Source: a bacterium (GTDB lineage: Bacteria > CLD3 > SB21). From it: a DNA stretch of 64,000 bases. This document shows positions 49,257 to 59,700 of this stretch, piece after piece (the first letter of the stretch is position 1; every line of letters starts with the position of its first letter). Where the stretch lies: NCBI GenBank assembly GCA_013360215.1, contig JABWCP010000011.1, positions 1-64,000 of the forward strand, given 5' to 3'. A model generated the notes under the pieces. The model saw nothing but the letters and a program-made list of their open reading frames with translations. It was not told where the DNA came from and searched no databases. The translations under genes and the position numbers were made by a program.

Positions 49257-51019
49257 GTATGGAACCGATGGACAAGCCGCTGGATAAACAATCCCTCATC
49301 AAAGGCGAGGTGCAGGATGACGTGGATCGCAAACTGCTGGAACTGTCTGCGCTTTTTGAAATAAGTCAGTTGCTCAATTCTTCCCTCAATCTGACTTCGA
49401 TCGTAGATAATATCTTGCTCTCACCGATGGGCCGCATGATGATCAATAAAGGTCTTTTTTTGCTGCATCGCGGTGATCATCAGTATGAAATATTTACCCT
49501 CAAAGGTTTATCCCGCGATCTGATCGGAAAAAAAATAAGCATCACCGAGATACCGCAAAAATCTTTTCTCCTCGATGAGGTTTCCGACGCGCCGTATCCG
49601 TGGCTTTCGTTTTTTACGCAGTACGACATGAAGCTGATCGTGCCGATCGTTTTGCGCAACGATATGCTTGGGTTGGTCGCTTTCGGAAAAAAATTGATCG
49701 GTGGTCCGTACATCGAAAGCGAGATCGAATTTTTATCGTCCATCGCCAATATTGCCGCCACCAGCATTCAAAACGGTATTGTGTTCGAAGAGTTACGATC
49801 GGTCAATGCGCGCTTAGATAAAAAAATACAAGAACTGCACACCCTTTTTGACATCGGCAAGGAACTCAACGCCACGTTAGATGCGCAGAAGGTCGTCAAA
49901 TTGCTTTCCTACGGGCTTATGGGTGAAATGATGGTTAATCGTTTCGCGATTTTGGTGCGTCGCCATGACGGTGTCGAATATGCCGAAAAACGGGGCCTTG
50001 CCCGATTGCAGCTCGATGACACCCAGACGTCGCTGGTATTCAATTATTCGCAACCGGCGGTGGTGACGGATGACGAGCACAGCGAACTGCAGCACGCTCT
50101 TCAAAATCAGGATATTATCGCAATTGTTCCGATGCGAAGCCAGGATCGCACAAAAGGTGTTCTGCTTCTTGGCCCTAAAATTTCCGGAAAAGGATTTACT
50201 AAAGAAGAATTAGATTTTGTTTTTACGCTGGGTAATCAGGCGATGATTTCGCTTGAAAACGCATGGCTTTTCGAAGATTCACTGGAGCGTAAACGACTGG
50301 AAGAGGAACTCGAACTTGCACGCAAAATTCAGATGGGCTTGTTACCTAAAGATTTTCCAAAACTGAACAATTTTGAAGTGTACGGTTTGAATATTTCATC
50401 CAAACAAGTCGGTGGCGATTACTTTGATGTGCTCAAAATCGATGAAACGCATTATATCATAGCGATCGCGGATGTGAGCGGTAAAGGCGTACCGGCTTCG
50501 CTTTTGATGAGCAATGTGCAGGCCAGTTTGCTGGCGCTCAGTACCGAAGTCAGTGATTTTAGCAAGCTTGTCTATAAGGTAAATAATATCATTTACGCGA
50601 ATACCGATTCCGAAAAATTTATCACGTTTTTTGGCGGTGTACTGGATATCGAAAAACGTACGTTTACATATGTCAATGCAGGGCACAATCCGCCGTATTG
50701 GCGGAAAACGGATGGGACGTTACATACACTGGATAAAGGCGGTTTACTTTTGGGTATGTTGCCCGACATGCCGTATGAACAAGAAACGATCACGCTTTCA
50801 CCCGGTGAAGGCATCGTCATGTTTACCGATGGCGTGACGGAAGCGATGAACGAAAAGTTGGATCAATATGACGAATCGCGCCTTGAAGCATTGATCAAGA
50901 CGCATCCGAAGATAACGGCCAAAGAATGTACGGAAAAAATTGCCGCTGAAGTCAAAGCCTTTGCCGGTGCGGCGCCGCAGTCAGACGATATCACCGTTGT
51001 TATCCTCCATGCTATTTAA
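49253..51019 (+). CDS. PP2C/SpoIIE Ser/Thr phosphatase with two GAF domains (RsbU-like)
   Basis: EELELARKIQ, VGGDYFD, IADVSGKG.PA, NAGHNPP, FTDGVTEA and QSDDIT. Confidence 0.92.
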   Translation: MSMEPMDKPLDKQSLIKGEVQDDVDRKLLELSALFEISQLLNSSLNLTSIVDNILLSPMGRMMINKGLFLLHRGDHQYEIFTLKGLSRDLIGKKISITEIPQKSFLLDEVSDAPYPWLSFFTQYDMKLIVPIVLRNDMLGLVAFGKKLIGGPYIESEIEFLSSIANIAATSIQNGIVFEELRSVNARLDKKIQELHTLFDIGKELNATLDAQKVVKLLSYGLMGEMMVNRFAILVRRHDGVEYAEKRGLARLQLDDTQTSLVFNYSQPAVVTDDEHSELQHALQNQDIIAIVPMRSQDRTKGVLLLGPKISGKGFTKEELDFVFTLGNQAMISLENAWLFEDSLERKRLEEELELARKIQMGLLPKDFPKLNNFEVYGLNISSKQVGGDYFDVLKIDETHYIIAIADVSGKGVPASLLMSNVQASLLALSTEVSDFSKLVYKVNNIIYANTDSEKFITFFGGVLDIEKRTFTYVNAGHNPPYWRKTDGTLHTLDKGGLLLGMLPDMPYEQETITLSPGEGIVMFTDGVTEAMNEKLDQYDESRLEALIKTHPKITAKECTEKIAAEVKAFAGAAPQSDDITVVILHAI

Positions 51020-51089
51020 GAGCCTACCTTTATTTTGGAAACATAGCGGCGTGATGTAAAACATCCGCCGTTTTTGATATGAAAGTGAT

Positions 51090-53435
51090 ATGTATAAAAT
51101 GTTAGTAAAGAATTTAATTTTTTTAGCGTTGTTTGTTACCGTCGCTGTAGTCACTGGCCAAGAAACCGGTGTGATCACGGGCGTGGTCATTGACGCGAAA
51201 ACCAAAGAGTATCTTGCCGGAGTGAATGTGCAGATACTGGGCACAACGCGCGGAACGGTAGCCGATATCAACGGGCAGTACCGGTTGGATAAATTGGCCG
51301 GTGGGACATACCGCCTGCAATTTTCACTGATCGGATATGCGCCGCTCATCAAGACCGATGTCATTGTCACGGGGAACAAGCCGTTTCGGCTCAATGTTGC
51401 AATGGAAGCGGAAAGTATCGAAGGCGACGAAGTGATCGTAACGGCGGGATATTTTGAAGAGCAAAATCAAACTAAGACGAGCACGGCTAATCTATCCCGT
51501 GAAGAAATACGGCGATTTCCCGGCGGTTTTGAAGACGTCGTGCAAACAGTGGCTACACTGCCCGGTGTGGCGGTCAATGGCGGCGGTGGACGCAATGATT
51601 TACTGGTGCGCGGCGGCGGTCCGTCAGAAAATTTGTATATCGTCAACGGGTTGGAAATTCCCAATATCAATCACTTTGGCACGCAGGGAAACAACGGCGG
51701 TTCGCTGAGTTTCATTAACCTGGATTTCGTGGATAATGTTGATTTTTCGACAGGCGGTTTTTCGGCACGGTACGGTGACAAGATGTCATCCGTCACACAA
51801 CTTACATTGCGAAGCGGACGCGATGATCGTATCGGCGGTAAAGGGCTGATCTCGGCGACGCAATTTGGCGTCAACACCGAAGGACCATTGGGAAAAAGCG
51901 GAAACTTTATCATGTCGGCCCGACGGAGTTATCTGGATTTTATTTTCAAAGCCGCCGGATTTGCTTTCGTGCCGAGGTACACGGATTTTAATGTGATCGG
52001 TCAATACGAACCATCGCCGCGTGATAAATTCACTTTTCTCGCATTGACGGCACTTGATGATGTGAGTAAAAATAATGAAAAACGGAAAGATCGTATTTTT
52101 AATTCCGGGCTTCTTGATAATGAACAATTCATACAAGTCGTCGGTGCCAGTTACCAGCACAACCTTGAAAAAGGATTTTGGCAGGCTACAGCCAATGTCA
52201 ATTTTTCAGGATATCGTTTTTCACAAAAAGATACGACGCTGCGCGAATATTATAACAGCCGTGCCAACGAAGTGGAAACGAATGCTTCCGTTCAGCGGTA
52301 TTTTGTGATTAATAAATCCATGGGTATTTTGACCGGATTGAGTATGAAATCCGTCAATAATCGCAATGAAACCGTATTTGGTGATACGATCGTGGATCGC
52401 AACGGTAATCGTATACCCGCGGATTCGCTGGGCCTAGCGGGATTGGATGAAACACGTGCGTCAGCGTATAAATACGGCGGGTTTACGGAAATGGATTGGG
52501 TCGTGTCGCCGCGCCTCAATGCTAATGCAGGTTTACGCGTAGATCGGTACTCGGCTTTGGAAAAAACAACGTATGTTGCTCCGCGTTTGGCATTCAAATA
52601 TAAAATATCGGACAAATCCAATCTTAAATTGAGCGGCGGAACCTATTATCAATCGCCATCGTACGTATGGTTAGTCAATCCGGCTAATAAAAAACTCAAA
52701 GCATTGCGCAACGACATGGTCGTAGCGGGTGCGGACCGTTTATTGCGTCCGGATGTGAAGTTATCCATTGAGACATATTACAAAAAGTACAGTCATCTGC
52801 CGACCGGAACACAACAAGGTATCAATGATTATATCGTCATTACAAGCACCGGCACCGGGTTTGGTGGGCGCGAAGATAATTTTCAATCCTTCGGATATAC
52901 GACGTTGGTTTCGCGTGCAACTGGAAAAGCGTTTGGTGTCGAAATGTTACTTCAAAAGAAATTTTCTGACATACCATGTTACGGTCAAATCAGTATTACG
53001 GTGGGTAAAAGTACAGTGGTAGCGGGTAACGGTAAAACCTATCCCAATCCGTTTGATCAGCGCTTTATTTTAAATGTTTCCGGCGGTTATAAATTGAATA
53101 CCAAATGGGAATTCAGCGGTAAGTTTCGCTATTTTACCGGCGCTCCGTATACACCGGTTTATCGTCCTCAGGATAATCCCGTGCAACCGGGTGTCGTTCA
53201 AAATCTTCCGGATGAGTACCTTTCCAAACGTCTGGGAGCGAGCCATCATCTGGACTTACGCGCGGATCGGTATTTTAATTATGAACATTGGCGGCTTATT
53301 ATTTTTATGGACGTACAAAATGTATATAACTACAAAGTCAAAACGCCGCCGTCGTACGATTTCGCGGAGGATAAAGTGACCCGTGGTGATCGCATAGGGA
53401 TACTGCCTACGATCGGTATCAGTGCTGAATTTTAA
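51090..53435 (+). CDS. TonB-dependent receptor
   Basis: Signal peptide, carboxypeptidase-like N-domain, VRGGGPSENL, NINHF, GGFSARYGD..SSV and C-terminal F. Confidence 0.9.
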   Translation: MYKMLVKNLIFLALFVTVAVVTGQETGVITGVVIDAKTKEYLAGVNVQILGTTRGTVADINGQYRLDKLAGGTYRLQFSLIGYAPLIKTDVIVTGNKPFRLNVAMEAESIEGDEVIVTAGYFEEQNQTKTSTANLSREEIRRFPGGFEDVVQTVATLPGVAVNGGGGRNDLLVRGGGPSENLYIVNGLEIPNINHFGTQGNNGGSLSFINLDFVDNVDFSTGGFSARYGDKMSSVTQLTLRSGRDDRIGGKGLISATQFGVNTEGPLGKSGNFIMSARRSYLDFIFKAAGFAFVPRYTDFNVIGQYEPSPRDKFTFLALTALDDVSKNNEKRKDRIFNSGLLDNEQFIQVVGASYQHNLEKGFWQATANVNFSGYRFSQKDTTLREYYNSRANEVETNASVQRYFVINKSMGILTGLSMKSVNNRNETVFGDTIVDRNGNRIPADSLGLAGLDETRASAYKYGGFTEMDWVVSPRLNANAGLRVDRYSALEKTTYVAPRLAFKYKISDKSNLKLSGGTYYQSPSYVWLVNPANKKLKALRNDMVVAGADRLLRPDVKLSIETYYKKYSHLPTGTQQGINDYIVITSTGTGFGGREDNFQSFGYTTLVSRATGKAFGVEMLLQKKFSDIPCYGQISITVGKSTVVAGNGKTYPNPFDQRFILNVSGGYKLNTKWEFSGKFRYFTGAPYTPVYRPQDNPVQPGVVQNLPDEYLSKRLGASHHLDLRADRYFNYEHWRLIIFMDVQNVYNYKVKTPPSYDFAEDKVTRGDRIGILPTIGISAEF

Positions 53436-53451
53436 TCTAATGGAGAAGGAT

Positions 53452-55050
53452 ATGCCGAAAATATTGATTTGCGTAGTCGTCCTGAACCTAACCGGTTGTG
53501 GTTTTTTTATCACGCCCCGCTCTTCAGACCAGGCATCCATTCGCGAGGAAAATTTAGTGGCTCATTTGACGTATCTTGCATCGGACGAATTAGAAGGACG
53601 GGAGGCGGGTACACGCGGAGAAAAATTAGCTGCCGGTTATATCGCCTCACAGTTAAGACAAAACGGTGTTAAACCTTTTGCGCTCGCCCGAACGGCGGAC
53701 GGCCGAGACAGTCTGTCGTATTTTCAGGAATTTTCTTCGACCAAAATTGCGATCGGCAAACATTCATCCGTGATTTTTTATGACAGCGCAAGCGGGAATT
53801 CGTACACCATGCCTTATGCCGAAACATTTAGTAATTTTCATGAATATGTAGATAATTGTAATACTTCTGCACCGCTCGTTTTTGCCGGGTTTGGTATCAC
53901 GGCGCCGGAATACGGATACGATGATTATGCAGGTCTGGATGTACGCGGTAAAGTCGTATTAGTGCTTGATGGTGAACCGACATCGGATGATGATCAGTTT
54001 TTCGACGGGAAAATAGTAAGTTCGTATAGTAGCGCTTTATTTTATAAGAGGCATCGGGCAAAGGAATTGGGTGCGGCTGTGTTGTTTGTGTTATCATACC
54101 AAGCGCTTTTGGAAAAATGGGATGACTATGTGGATTTCTTCGGATCCAGCCGCATGATTTTTGATCCATCGGTTTTACCAAAATCGGAGGGCGAACGGGT
54201 TCCTTTTTATTATTGCCATATGGCATTTGCCAAACGTGCATTGGCATCCGCTGAGACGAATTTTGAACAAATTCAATCTAAGGCGCAGTCGGGTGCGATG
54301 GTGCCGCGGTTTACTGTGAAAAATATACGTTGCGATGTACGTGTCGAACGCACGGTTACAGAAGTGAAAGCGATGAATATTATCGGTAAAATCGAAGGCC
54401 ATGATCCGGTATTGAAAAATGAATATGTGGCTATCGGGGCACATTTCGATCATTTGGGAGTCAATGCGTCGGCCGCCATATTTAATGGGGCGGATGATGA
54501 CGGTTCCGGCACGGCCGCAGTTTTGGAAACGGTTCGTTCGGTATTTGTTTCACAACAAAATAAACGTTCGGTATTAGTTGTATTTCACGGAGCGGAAGAA
54601 AAAGGGCTGATTGGTTCAAAGTATCTGACCGATCCGGCCACCGTCAACGCGTGGGCATGGAAAGACGTCACTGCACAAATTAATATGGATATGGTAGGAA
54701 GGGAAAGTGTAGATAGTATTTATGTGATCGGCTCGGGCCGCCTTAGTTCACAACTCAAATCAACCAATGAATCCATTAATCGCGGAACGGGCTACTTTCA
54801 TTTTGATTACACATTTGATCGCGACGATGATCCTAATCAATATTACTACCGAAGCGATCACTATAATTATGCCAAATTAGGTATTCCCATCGTTTTTTTC
54901 TTTGACGGCATGACGTCCGATTATCACAAACCCAGCGATGATGTTGCTAAGATCAATTTCAAAAAATTATACAAAATCACCGATCATACGCGCCGGCTAT
55001 TGATGAATCTGACCAATAGGCCGGAGCGACTTGTCGTGGATAAACGCTAA
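53452..55050 (+). CDS. M28 family metallopeptidase lipoprotein with PA domain
   Basis: LTGC lipobox, YLASDELEGR, AHFDHLG, NGADDDGSG, AEEKGL.GS, NMDMVGR, RSDH and DYHKPSD. Confidence 0.92.
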   Translation: MPKILICVVVLNLTGCGFFITPRSSDQASIREENLVAHLTYLASDELEGREAGTRGEKLAAGYIASQLRQNGVKPFALARTADGRDSLSYFQEFSSTKIAIGKHSSVIFYDSASGNSYTMPYAETFSNFHEYVDNCNTSAPLVFAGFGITAPEYGYDDYAGLDVRGKVVLVLDGEPTSDDDQFFDGKIVSSYSSALFYKRHRAKELGAAVLFVLSYQALLEKWDDYVDFFGSSRMIFDPSVLPKSEGERVPFYYCHMAFAKRALASAETNFEQIQSKAQSGAMVPRFTVKNIRCDVRVERTVTEVKAMNIIGKIEGHDPVLKNEYVAIGAHFDHLGVNASAAIFNGADDDGSGTAAVLETVRSVFVSQQNKRSVLVVFHGAEEKGLIGSKYLTDPATVNAWAWKDVTAQINMDMVGRESVDSIYVIGSGRLSSQLKSTNESINRGTGYFHFDYTFDRDDDPNQYYYRSDHYNYAKLGIPIVFFFDGMTSDYHKPSDDVAKINFKKLYKITDHTRRLLMNLTNRPERLVVDKR

Positions 55051-55053
55051 ACG

Positions 55054-55647
55054 ATGTTTCTCCGTCGTAAGGAAATAAATATAGACGAATTTCTGCGCCC
55101 CGGATCGCGCGGGCACGGCTATGTTGTTAATTTTCATCGTAAATACTTCGATGTGTTCCGCGGTACAGATTTGGAAAATCAGGACGCATTCATCAATGAG
55201 GTATATATCGGGTTATCGTCTATTCGCGAAGAGAGCATTCGCGAAAAAGCCGATCATTATCTGATGAAAGCCGTTTATTTTCGTTGCTGGCGTTTATTTG
55301 AAGATAGTAAAGTATACAAACAGTCCGAAGTACCGGCGAGCCGTGCGCAACGCGACAATGAAGATGATGATGCCGTAACGCGTGCGCCCTCGACGACCCC
55401 GCTACCTGATTCACCTCTTTTAGCTCAAGATTTGCTTGAACATATCCATCGTTTTCGTATGACATTGAATTCGCGAGAGATCGTGATACTCAATGGGCTG
55501 ATTGATGAACTGACTGTTGCTGAAATTGCTCGAAAAGCCGGAATCACAATAAATTATGCAGGCGTACTGATACACAGAGTACGTGAAGCGTTACATGTTT
55601 ATTTAGAAGTTATCGGGTATTTCAAAAAAAATAAAAAAAAGTTGTAA
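55054..55647 (+). CDS. ECF-type sigma-70-like factor (divergent region 2, clear region 4 HTH)
   Basis: D…EVYI.L…YL..AV..RC resembles region 2. LNSRE..IL…LT.AEIA…GIT…V.I.R.R..L matches region 4. 197 aa. Confidence 0.72.
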   Translation: MFLRRKEINIDEFLRPGSRGHGYVVNFHRKYFDVFRGTDLENQDAFINEVYIGLSSIREESIREKADHYLMKAVYFRCWRLFEDSKVYKQSEVPASRAQRDNEDDDAVTRAPSTTPLPDSPLLAQDLLEHIHRFRMTLNSREIVILNGLIDELTVAEIARKAGITINYAGVLIHRVREALHVYLEVIGYFKKNKKKL

Positions 55648-55713
55648 GTATTTTATTGCTATCCGTACTTACTGTTTGTGAGGAGTTAGTTTAGTGCAAA
55701 AAAAGGCCGTATT

Positions 55714-56763
55714 ATGACAGATGATGAGAAAAAAATAAATCTAGATTTCTTGGACCCGTTACGTCAGATTCCGTCCGTGATATGGAATGCCGAGAAGATG
55801 AGCCGTTGTATTCACGGGTACTCCGTTATGAGTAAATATGAACGGGATTGGTTTGATACGCAGATTCGTGAAGAAGATTCCGCCCGTAATCTTTTTGAAC
55901 AAGTATTTGATGATGATATTCTTTTGGATCCGTCCTATCGCACAGAATCTCCGCTCATACAAAAAATGAGCAAAGGAATCCAAATACGCTGTGCGACGGG
56001 ACTGACATTGCAAATAGATCAATCCACGGCGTTGATTTCTGAAGCGGGTCCGACGTGGATCGGCCAAAGCGCATTAATTACGTCGGTAGGGTGGTCCTTA
56101 CGGATTCTTGAAGTACAAACAGGGTTAAGGTTACCATGCGCATCGCTATCTGAACAATTTTTTAGCGAACTTAAAGTTTGTAGTGTTTCGCTTGCCGATA
56201 AAGAAAATTTAGTTCGCACAGATAGGCCTGTATGGTATATTTGGTCGGCCGCTGCAACGATTGTCGTGATGATCATGGCCGGTATATGGTGGCTGCAGAA
56301 GCCGACTGAAGTTTTAACGACGGATACGAAGCCTGATATTTCCAAAGATACACTCGTGGTGCCTCAACATCACCTCACGGAACAACCCCAAGTCGCATTG
56401 CCTCTGCAGCAAACACCAAAGCCGAACAAAGAAAAATTATTGGCAGCGCATTTCGAACCGAATGCCGTTCTTGAAAATTTTATCGGACGTACATACCGCG
56501 CGGAGGTACGTATAGAAATAATCCAGCCCTCTTCTGGGGATACGCTTCGCGGGCCTTTGGTTTTTACTTGGAAAAAATCGGATCCTAATGTAAATGTTAC
56601 GGTAAATATTTTAAACAATCGTAATGCTTCGGTATGGGAAGCTAATACGAAAGAAGATCAATTGTCGTATAACGGTGTATTGACACCGGGATTGTATTAT
56701 TGGATTATCAAGTCCGGTGATGTGCGTCTTGATGTACGAAAATTTTATATTCCTGTTCAGTAA
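55714..56763 (+). CDS. Putative anti-sigma-like single-pass membrane protein with small C-terminal beta-sandwich
   Basis: Directly downstream of the sigma gene. TM WYIWSAAATIVVMIMAGIWWL, P/Q/T-rich linker, then FEPN..LE…YR…F.WK…LTPGLYYW. Confidence 0.6.
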   Translation: MTDDEKKINLDFLDPLRQIPSVIWNAEKMSRCIHGYSVMSKYERDWFDTQIREEDSARNLFEQVFDDDILLDPSYRTESPLIQKMSKGIQIRCATGLTLQIDQSTALISEAGPTWIGQSALITSVGWSLRILEVQTGLRLPCASLSEQFFSELKVCSVSLADKENLVRTDRPVWYIWSAAATIVVMIMAGIWWLQKPTEVLTTDTKPDISKDTLVVPQHHLTEQPQVALPLQQTPKPNKEKLLAAHFEPNAVLENFIGRTYRAEVRIEIIQPSSGDTLRGPLVFTWKKSDPNVNVTVNILNNRNASVWEANTKEDQLSYNGVLTPGLYYWIIKSGDVRLDVRKFYIPVQ

Positions 56764-59700
56764 CCGATCAAAACAAACGCGCCCCAATCGCCGGGGTAGG
56801 ATGTGTGTTGTTGTGCTATCCATCGTTTTTGTGTTTTTTGCAGCGCCAGGCTCAGGTTTTTTTCAGTAAAGACATTACGATAAAACTCTGTCATAAATTC
56901 GGCCGTCAAACGGTCATCTACCGGCCAGAGTGACACAAGCACGTGTCTTGCTCCGGCGTAAATGAAGCCCCGTGTTAATCCGATCACCCCTTCGCCTTTT
57001 TCGATTTTTCCCAGCGCCGTTTTGCAGGCACTGAGTGTTACCAAGTGGGCTTTGAGACGGAGGTTGTATATTTCTCCGGCATATAATATATCTTCTTTCA
57101 CGTCAACCGAGTCGTCGGAGTAAAGAGCAATGCCTGATAATTTCGGATTCACTTCATTTATAAAACCGTGACTGGCCACGTGGATATAACCGTAATGGAT
57201 CAAGGTGTCATTTAATACTTGTTTTTTTGTTGCCGCACGGTGGACTATGATTTTAGAATCCAATTTTCTTTGGGAAAAGAGCGATTTAATTTGTTTTACC
57301 TCTTGAATACTGTAGGGTAAAGTCGGAAAACCTTCCCCCTTTTGCTGGATTTGTCGTGAAGAGGTTTTTGTTGAGTCGTAAAATTTATATGATTGAATAT
57401 CGCCGCTCGTTACGCTGTCATCAAATACCGGTGCAATGCCATAGAATGAATTGGGTGCGATTGTAGAATGGGATGATAATAGCATATCTGCTGACATTAA
57501 ATACTGTATCGAATAATCCTCAGATAGATAACGAGCACGCGTATTTTGTTTATCACCTTCGGTAAGCTTTGCTTTCATTAATAATGTTTCAAACGGTAAA
57601 TAATATAACATGCCGTCCGGAATAATAATTAGTGGGGTTCCTATGGCTATTGATTCCAACGAAGGTTTAACCCATTGATTATAAAATGCTATTGAATACC
57701 TCTCATACGAAGAAATATCAAGATCAGTAAGTCCTTGACGTATATGTCTAATAGTGTATTCAAAGGTACTGTCTTTGCTTTGAGCAATCATGGTTTTAGT
57801 TTTATCCGTCAATCGGATAATCATAATCAAGGAATCACCGACAAAATAATCCAAAACGACACCCGGCCTGATTTTCAGATGATTTTGAATATCTGAAATA
57901 TTCGGCACGGTGATATCATATTTTAACTGATAGTAAGCAGGGTTTGTTTTTTCAATCGACTGCTGCAGAGTTTCGTATCTGCTTTTTAGGTCGAAAAGTA
58001 TTTTAGCTGTGTATGATTGTTCGTCTGAATTATTGAATTTACTGCTCTGTGGCGATGGTGTGTATTTTGTTTCATAGAAAGCAATTTGAGTTTTTAACTC
58101 GCGTTCTAAGCGGAGAATCGAATCGGAAATTGTAGCAAAATTCCGAACCTGGAGTTCATGTAGAGCTTCACGTAATGTCCCGGCTTTACTGCGTTGTGAC
58201 ATAACAAATGCGCGATCAATCCATTTATTGTCGGAAGTAATATAATAGGCTTCAGAGATAGTTTTTAATGCCGATTCATAGATTATTTTGGCTTTGGAAC
58301 CTAAAAAGATTTTGGATCCTTCAAGGCGGTAACCTTGACGGAGAATATCTATCCATGATGCCGTAAGGTTATAAACATTATAGGATTCTTCTAAGTACAA
58401 CAATTTCTTTGTTCGATCGTATTGCTTTTTAAGAAGCCGTGCTTTTTGAGCGAGGATAACAATTGTACCGGTTTCAGGGCGGATCAATTGCAGAGGAGGA
58501 TTTTCACTAATTGAGGAGTCAGAAAATGCTGGTAATTGTGTTATGAGAGCATTCTGAGTGTAACGTAATGCAACTTCTACATTGTTATTTTGCTCAGCGA
58601 TTTCAGCGCGATGCATCCACATCTCAGCTATTTCAGGATTTTTTGAACCAAAGGCCTTGTTTGCCATTTCGATTGCTGCAGAAAAAAGTGAGTCAGACAG
58701 GAAAAATTCTTTTCTTTTCCCATGGATAATCGCTAGGTAAGTCATGTTTTTAGCGACTTCGCCGTGAATTTTATATTTTTTTTTATTGACTGCAAAAGCT
58801 GAATCATAATAAAATAGTGCTGAATCATTATCTCCCAGTTCGCGATAAATATTTCCAATATTACCAAGGCTCGCGGCAGCGGCAATAGAATTTATCCCGA
58901 ATATATTTTGGCGAACTTGTAATGCTCTTGACTGATAGTCCAGCGCTGAACGATAGTTTTGGCGATTGTAGTTGAGGATGGCCAAATCTACATAACTCCC
59001 AGCCACATCCGGATGATTTGTCCCAAAAGCTCGGATACGAGACGATAGCGCTTTGGCATGATAATCTGCAGATTTTTCGACATCTCCCATAATGTCATAA
59101 CAGATGCCGAGATTGTCGTATATTAAGGCGGTACGTGGATGCTCATCACCCAGTGTTTTGATGCGAATGGTCAAAGCTTTTTTATAGTACTCTTCTGCCG
59201 ATGTATAATCTCCAAGCCTCCTATAGATGACACCAATGTTGATATAGCTTGAGGCTACCGAATTGTGAAATGGGCCAGAAGTAGATATTCGTATTCGCAG
59301 CGCCTCTTTAGAGTAAAATAACGCACTATCAAATTTGGATTTGTCGGAGTATATAATACCAATCATATTATAAATAGCGGCAACATCAAAATGGTCATAA
59401 CCAAGTTTCGCAATGCGAATTTGTAAAACAGAACGATTTGCCTCTAATGATGAATCTAAATCACCTTTACTCCACAAAGTAATAGTTATAGCACTCAAAA
59501 CTTTGGCGTACGACAAGTTATCTGAGCCTAGGTTTTGTTTAATTTGCTCTAAAGCCATATAGCCTTTTGTGAGAGCTAAATCATATCTGGCCACTGTGCG
59601 GTGTGTTTCAATTATTTCTGAAGCGATGTCGGCAATACGCTCCCAACATTGATGTGATTTATATGCCTCATAAGATTGGTTTAAGTAAATGAGAGCACTG

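Noticed and set aside
46114-51019. Sporulation locus (PdaA-like and SpoIIE-like domains close together)
   Set aside because: The SpoIIE-type domain is a generic GAF-PP2C phosphatase, the neighbours are ubiE and a cyclodeaminase, and no spo genes are present.
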